Shown: in pieces, positions 59,750 to 64,000 of the stretch
Layout: each line of letters begins with the position of its first letter
Position numbering within the stretch: position 1 is the stretch's first letter
Notes under the pieces: model-generated
What the model was told of the DNA's origin: nothing
Databases searched by the model: none
Seen by the model: only the letters and a program-made list of their open reading frames with translations
NCBI RefSeq assembly: GCF_020745735.1
Contig: NC_083417.1
Span: forward strand, 63,116,001-63,180,000
Reading direction: 5' to 3'
Origin: Hemiscyllium ocellatum
Taxonomy: Eukaryota
Length of the DNA: 64,000 nt
Made by a program: the position numbers and the translations under genes

Positions 59750-62700
59750 GAATTCTCTTATTTTCTACCAACAGTAAAATGTGAGTAATCCCGTTATTTA
59801 AGATTTTCCCCGCAGTTTCGTGTTCAGGTAGGTTAATTAAGACTGTAGCTCCTTCGGATAAATGTAGAAACCGTGGTATTCTAATTAGCGACACAGTGCT
59901 GCGTGTCAAATTATTAAACTCTTGGATCTGAACATGAATACAGATTTAGGCTTTTGCGAAGTGTATGATAATGCAATGAATTTGAGACGATTGTATTCTG
60001 AGTAAGCGACTTCTGTCGTGACAGTTTGATCATGAAGGATGACTGTCTAACTCAAATAGCCCCCACCTCACTTCTCAATGAACCCCAGCGACTGGCCAGC
60101 TGCGCGCCATATATACAATTCGATTATCCTCGCTAGGGGTTTTCATGAACACAAATCGTAAGAAGCTTATGGTGTTTACCCATGGAACAGAACCTCTATT
60201 CCACAGCGCAGGGCTGTGAGTACTTCGGTTTTTCAAGTGTACCTTGCCACAGCCACTGCAAACAATTAGGGGTCCTGGCAACCTCCTCACATTAGGACAA
60301 ATGACCTGTGTTCTAGAACATGGAAAGGCCTCAGCCAAACTGTTTCAACACACCATCAGTGAATTGTACCCAAATATTTGAAAGGTATCTCACTTAAATA
60401 TCCTGTCCACAAAACAAAAGCAGGAGAAATCAAATCTGGGCAATTAACGTTTCGTCAGCCTACTCTTCGACAGAAAGCTGAAAGTGCAATCAGGCGAAAT
60501 TTGCACAATCATCTGCTCACTGTTCAATGTGAGTTCTATCAAATTCTAGTGTTCCTCAGTGCACATTACAGCTTTGGTGCAAGCATCATCAAAGAGCTAG
60601 AGGTGAGATGAACTTGATATCAAGGCAGCCTTTGTCCATGTATGGCCCGAAGGAAACCTAGGAAACATGGTCAATGGAAATCAGACGCTGTGGAGTGGAT
60701 GTAGCGGTAGAAATAGCTCTTCAGTGATTGGATTTACATGGGGTACAGGGAAGATCGTTGCGTTTCTTTTGGTGAATCGTTTCAGAACCCAGGACGCTGC
60801 TGCAAGATTACAGTAGGGCGGTGTTCTCGCCAAATCATTTCAGTTGCTTTTTAGTGATCTTCCCTCCAGCATGAAGTTAATAGTGTATGCGTTCATTAAT
60901 GATTGCTCAATTTTCATTACCAGTTCGCCAGAAACTGAGAGGACATGTCCAGATGCAGCGAAGCCAAAACAACATTCAGTCTTGGGCTGATGAATAGCTA
61001 GTAATGTTCACACCACAGAAGTGCCATCTGATTCACTGACGTTCTTTAGAGAAGGAAATCTGATTTCCTTTTCTGGTCTTGCCTCCACGTGACTCCAGAT
61101 CCACAGCAAGGTGGTTGATTTTTAACTGCCCTTTCGAATGGGCATTAATTGGTTGTTTGCTTTGATGACAATCGGCACGTTACGTGGTGGACGATGGGGT
61201 AGTTTTCATTGCGGATTTGTATCAGGTTACAGTTTCGCTGCAGGTTTAACCTTCAATTGAGGGGCAGTGATAAAATATGAAAAACAGTTTTGATTTTTTA
61301 CACTGATCTTATTGTTTCCTTGTGTAGAACCAATATTGTAGAGACAGACCTTCTCGCATAGTCAATTTTTTTTGTTCCCCTTGAGCGTCCTCGCATCTTT
61401 GTTCACCTAAACCTTTCATTCTAACCTTTGTCCAGCTTCCAGTTATATGGATCGAAACTGCTTGGCCCAGTCACTTCCCTTAAGCTTCGTTTCTCCCACA
61501 ACTGGGGAGGCGAGGGTGGGGGAAAGAGAGCAATACAAATTTGACGGAAGGAGAGTTGGTGGCGGCCAATGATATGTCGTGAGGTTTTATTTTCGCCAGA
61601 AGACTTTAGTGCTTCTTCCTGATTATTAGGCGACTGCGTGAATTAGATTAGCTTCTATTTTATGTAATATTTTCCTTGTGCTCTACAAAGTCATGAAATT
61701 ACACGAAAATATCATAGAATCCCTGCAGTGTGGAGGCGGGCCATTTGGCCCATCGAGTCCACAACGACATTCCGAAGAACGTCGAGCCAGATCCGCCTAC
61801 CCTTAGCCCTGCATCTCCGAAGCTAATCCATCTAGCCTAGACATCCCTGGATAGTTAAGAGATAAGACACCACGAATCTCTGCTTTCTCAGGTCGAGGGC
61901 TTGGTCAACATTTTCAAGCAAAATAAACTTTTAGATTTCTTTGACTTTGCCTCAAAGCTAATCGCGTTTCCTTGCATTCATTTTTATTAATTGCCCGCCC
62001 TCTCTCCCGGCGTTATAACAGTCTCCGCACATCAAAAACAGTCACGAGAGCATTTCGTACCAGCAAAAAAGCCATGTGTGCTTTTTCTTTTTGTGAGTGG
62101 AGCATATTGTGCGCACAAGTTCTTCCATATTGGCCTGTTCCAATCAGTGTAACAGTTTTATTACTTGCATTAACGAAATAATGAGGTGCTATATATGAAT
62201 ATTAGTTAGTCAATCTTTCATCAAAGCGGCGTATGTGAAACCCTGCAAACATGACGGCAGGTGCAATGTCGGAAGCATTCCCGGATCTCCAGGAGTTGGA
62301 TGTACATTACGCTCGTATTATTATAACAGGTCTGTGGCAGCGTGATAACGGACTATGCTTTTAAACTGCTATTTTGCGGGGAATGTTATTCCCAGTTCCC
62401 TAGCATGCCCCAGGGTTGAGTGGCTTGGTTCAACTCAACATTGAAGGTAGAATCATTGCTGGGTCTTGAGATCATATTGATCTGACATCACTATGCACCA
62501 TTTCTAGAGCTGTGGAAGCCGGTCATGATTCGCTGTGACATTGATGACTCCAACTGCGTGTTTCCCTTTATCGGAAGTACCTACATGAATAAACAGGGGA
62601 ACTAGGTTCCTCGTGGCATGTTCCAGCATGGTATTGTAGTTGGCCTGCTCACCCATGAGTTCATCCTTCCACGGGCTTCACGAAAACCAAGCTGTTAATT

Positions 62701-64000
62701 ACAAATCAGAACCAGGAATTGTTGAAAAAGAAAACTCAGTAGGTCTGGCAACATCTGTGGAGAGGAAGCGGAGTCAACATTCTGGGTCCAGTGACACTTG
62801 ATCAGAACGTCAACTCTGCTATCTGTCCACAGATGCAGCCAGAGCTGCTGAGTTACTTTCCAGCGATTTCTGTTTTTGTTTTTGATTTCCAGCATCCCTG
62901 GTTCTTCGTGTTTTTCTTGTGTCCGCTCATTGTGATGCTTCTGTTGTGGGACTTTTCTGCGAGTAACATGACTGTGTTGTTTCCAAGAATACTGGGAACA
63001 CAACTAAAGTGCTTCATTAGTTGTAAAGTGGATTGGAATCTCACGAGGCCATGAAATGAGCCATATAAGTACTTTTTCTTTGTTCTGAAGGGACACTGGA
63101 CTCGAAACAGTAACTCTGCATTCTCATCACAAATACATTGTATAGAACATAGAACAGTGCAGCACATCACAGGTTGTGCCGATCTTTTACCCTACTCTAA
63201 CATCAAATTAACCATTATGTTTAAATTTACTAATTCACCAGTATTCATTTCCAGTCTAAAAAAAGAACATCTCTCAATTCTAATATATATTCTAATGTGT
63301 CGGATAACTTTATGCACAATGAGAACTTACCGGATGATACAGCTAAAAATAATGGAGGGATCGATGTACAGAATGATATATCTCCGTAACTTATATAGAT
63401 TATCAATTCTCTCACGCTCCCATCAATAGGACGTTCTCGGTCAAAGAACTGCATGTATCTGATGTTAGTTACCTGCATAGTTCGAATTTAAGCGATGTCA
63501 ACACGATTGCTTCGGATTTCATTTATTTTCCAAAGTTCGCGCACTGGGACATTGCTAATGATAAAGCTTGCATTTAGATGAGTTTGTTTAGCACTTGCGA
63601 GATTTGAAATACATGCTTAAAAATGCATTTTTTCAACTAAACGAGAAATGCAAGTATTGCTAAACTTGCGTTCCCTGAGGCAGCCTCAACCTCGAACCAC
63701 AAGTGTTTCATTTCTCTTCGACTCTAAGAAACCTTTATTTAAAAATAAATAAATTATACATTTGAGCAGAAACAATTGCGTAACCGAAGCATTAATCCAA
63801 AATAGATGCCTGGGTGGTCAGAACTGTCCATCAATATAGAATGCATTACAAGTAAAAATGACATGTATAAAGGGAACAAATAGAAACGGAGACACTCCCA
63901 CACATAAGGAGAAACACATAGACAAGCGTACGGCAAGTTGTATTTACATAGCGCCTGCAATCTAGAAAAATACCATGGCGAATTGCACAGAACATTATGG
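59750..64000. repeat. Segmental-duplication homology to the region upstream of gene A
   Basis: 59750-60520 resembles ~22020-23020 and 62700-64000 resembles ~23040-24200 (shared blocks such as gatgtcaacacgattg...tcggatttcatttattt). Homology runs to the window end. Confidence 0.8.

Overview
Eukaryotic, repeat-rich genomic DNA from a cartilaginous fish. The HE1-type SINEs, CR1 LINEs and Penelope elements point to a shark, possibly a bamboo/carpet shark (inference). The first 2.7 kb hold the last two coding exons and 3' UTR of NUDT21 (+). The rest carries two tandem, minus-strand, spliced immunoglobulin-superfamily receptor genes that the ORF track only partly reveals; I reconstructed them by hand from splice sites and exon phases. 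Gene A (18001->8953) is leader / germline-joined VJ domain / C1 domain / TM / two cytoplasmic exons, 311 aa, with an ITIM (VSYAVL) and an ITSM (TVYSEV), i.e. inhibitory type. Gene B (57856->48194) has nearly the same ectodomain (V exon 97%, C1 exon 96% nucleotide identity). Its TM exon is divergent (68%), has an Arg in the membrane segment and ends in a stop codon, giving 251 aa with no signalling tail, i.e. activating type. B's former ITIM exon survives as a mutated relic at 31718-31858. Together they look like a non-rearranging, antigen-receptor-like (VJ-C1) inhibitory/activating paired-receptor system. The window also holds a very young Penelope-like retroelement with an intact RT/GIY-YIG frame, a 1095-bp inverted repeat, a 14-bp target-site duplication and hammerhead-ribozyme motifs, inserted into a CR1 LINE. 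No database searches were run, so novelty relative to annotations is untested.
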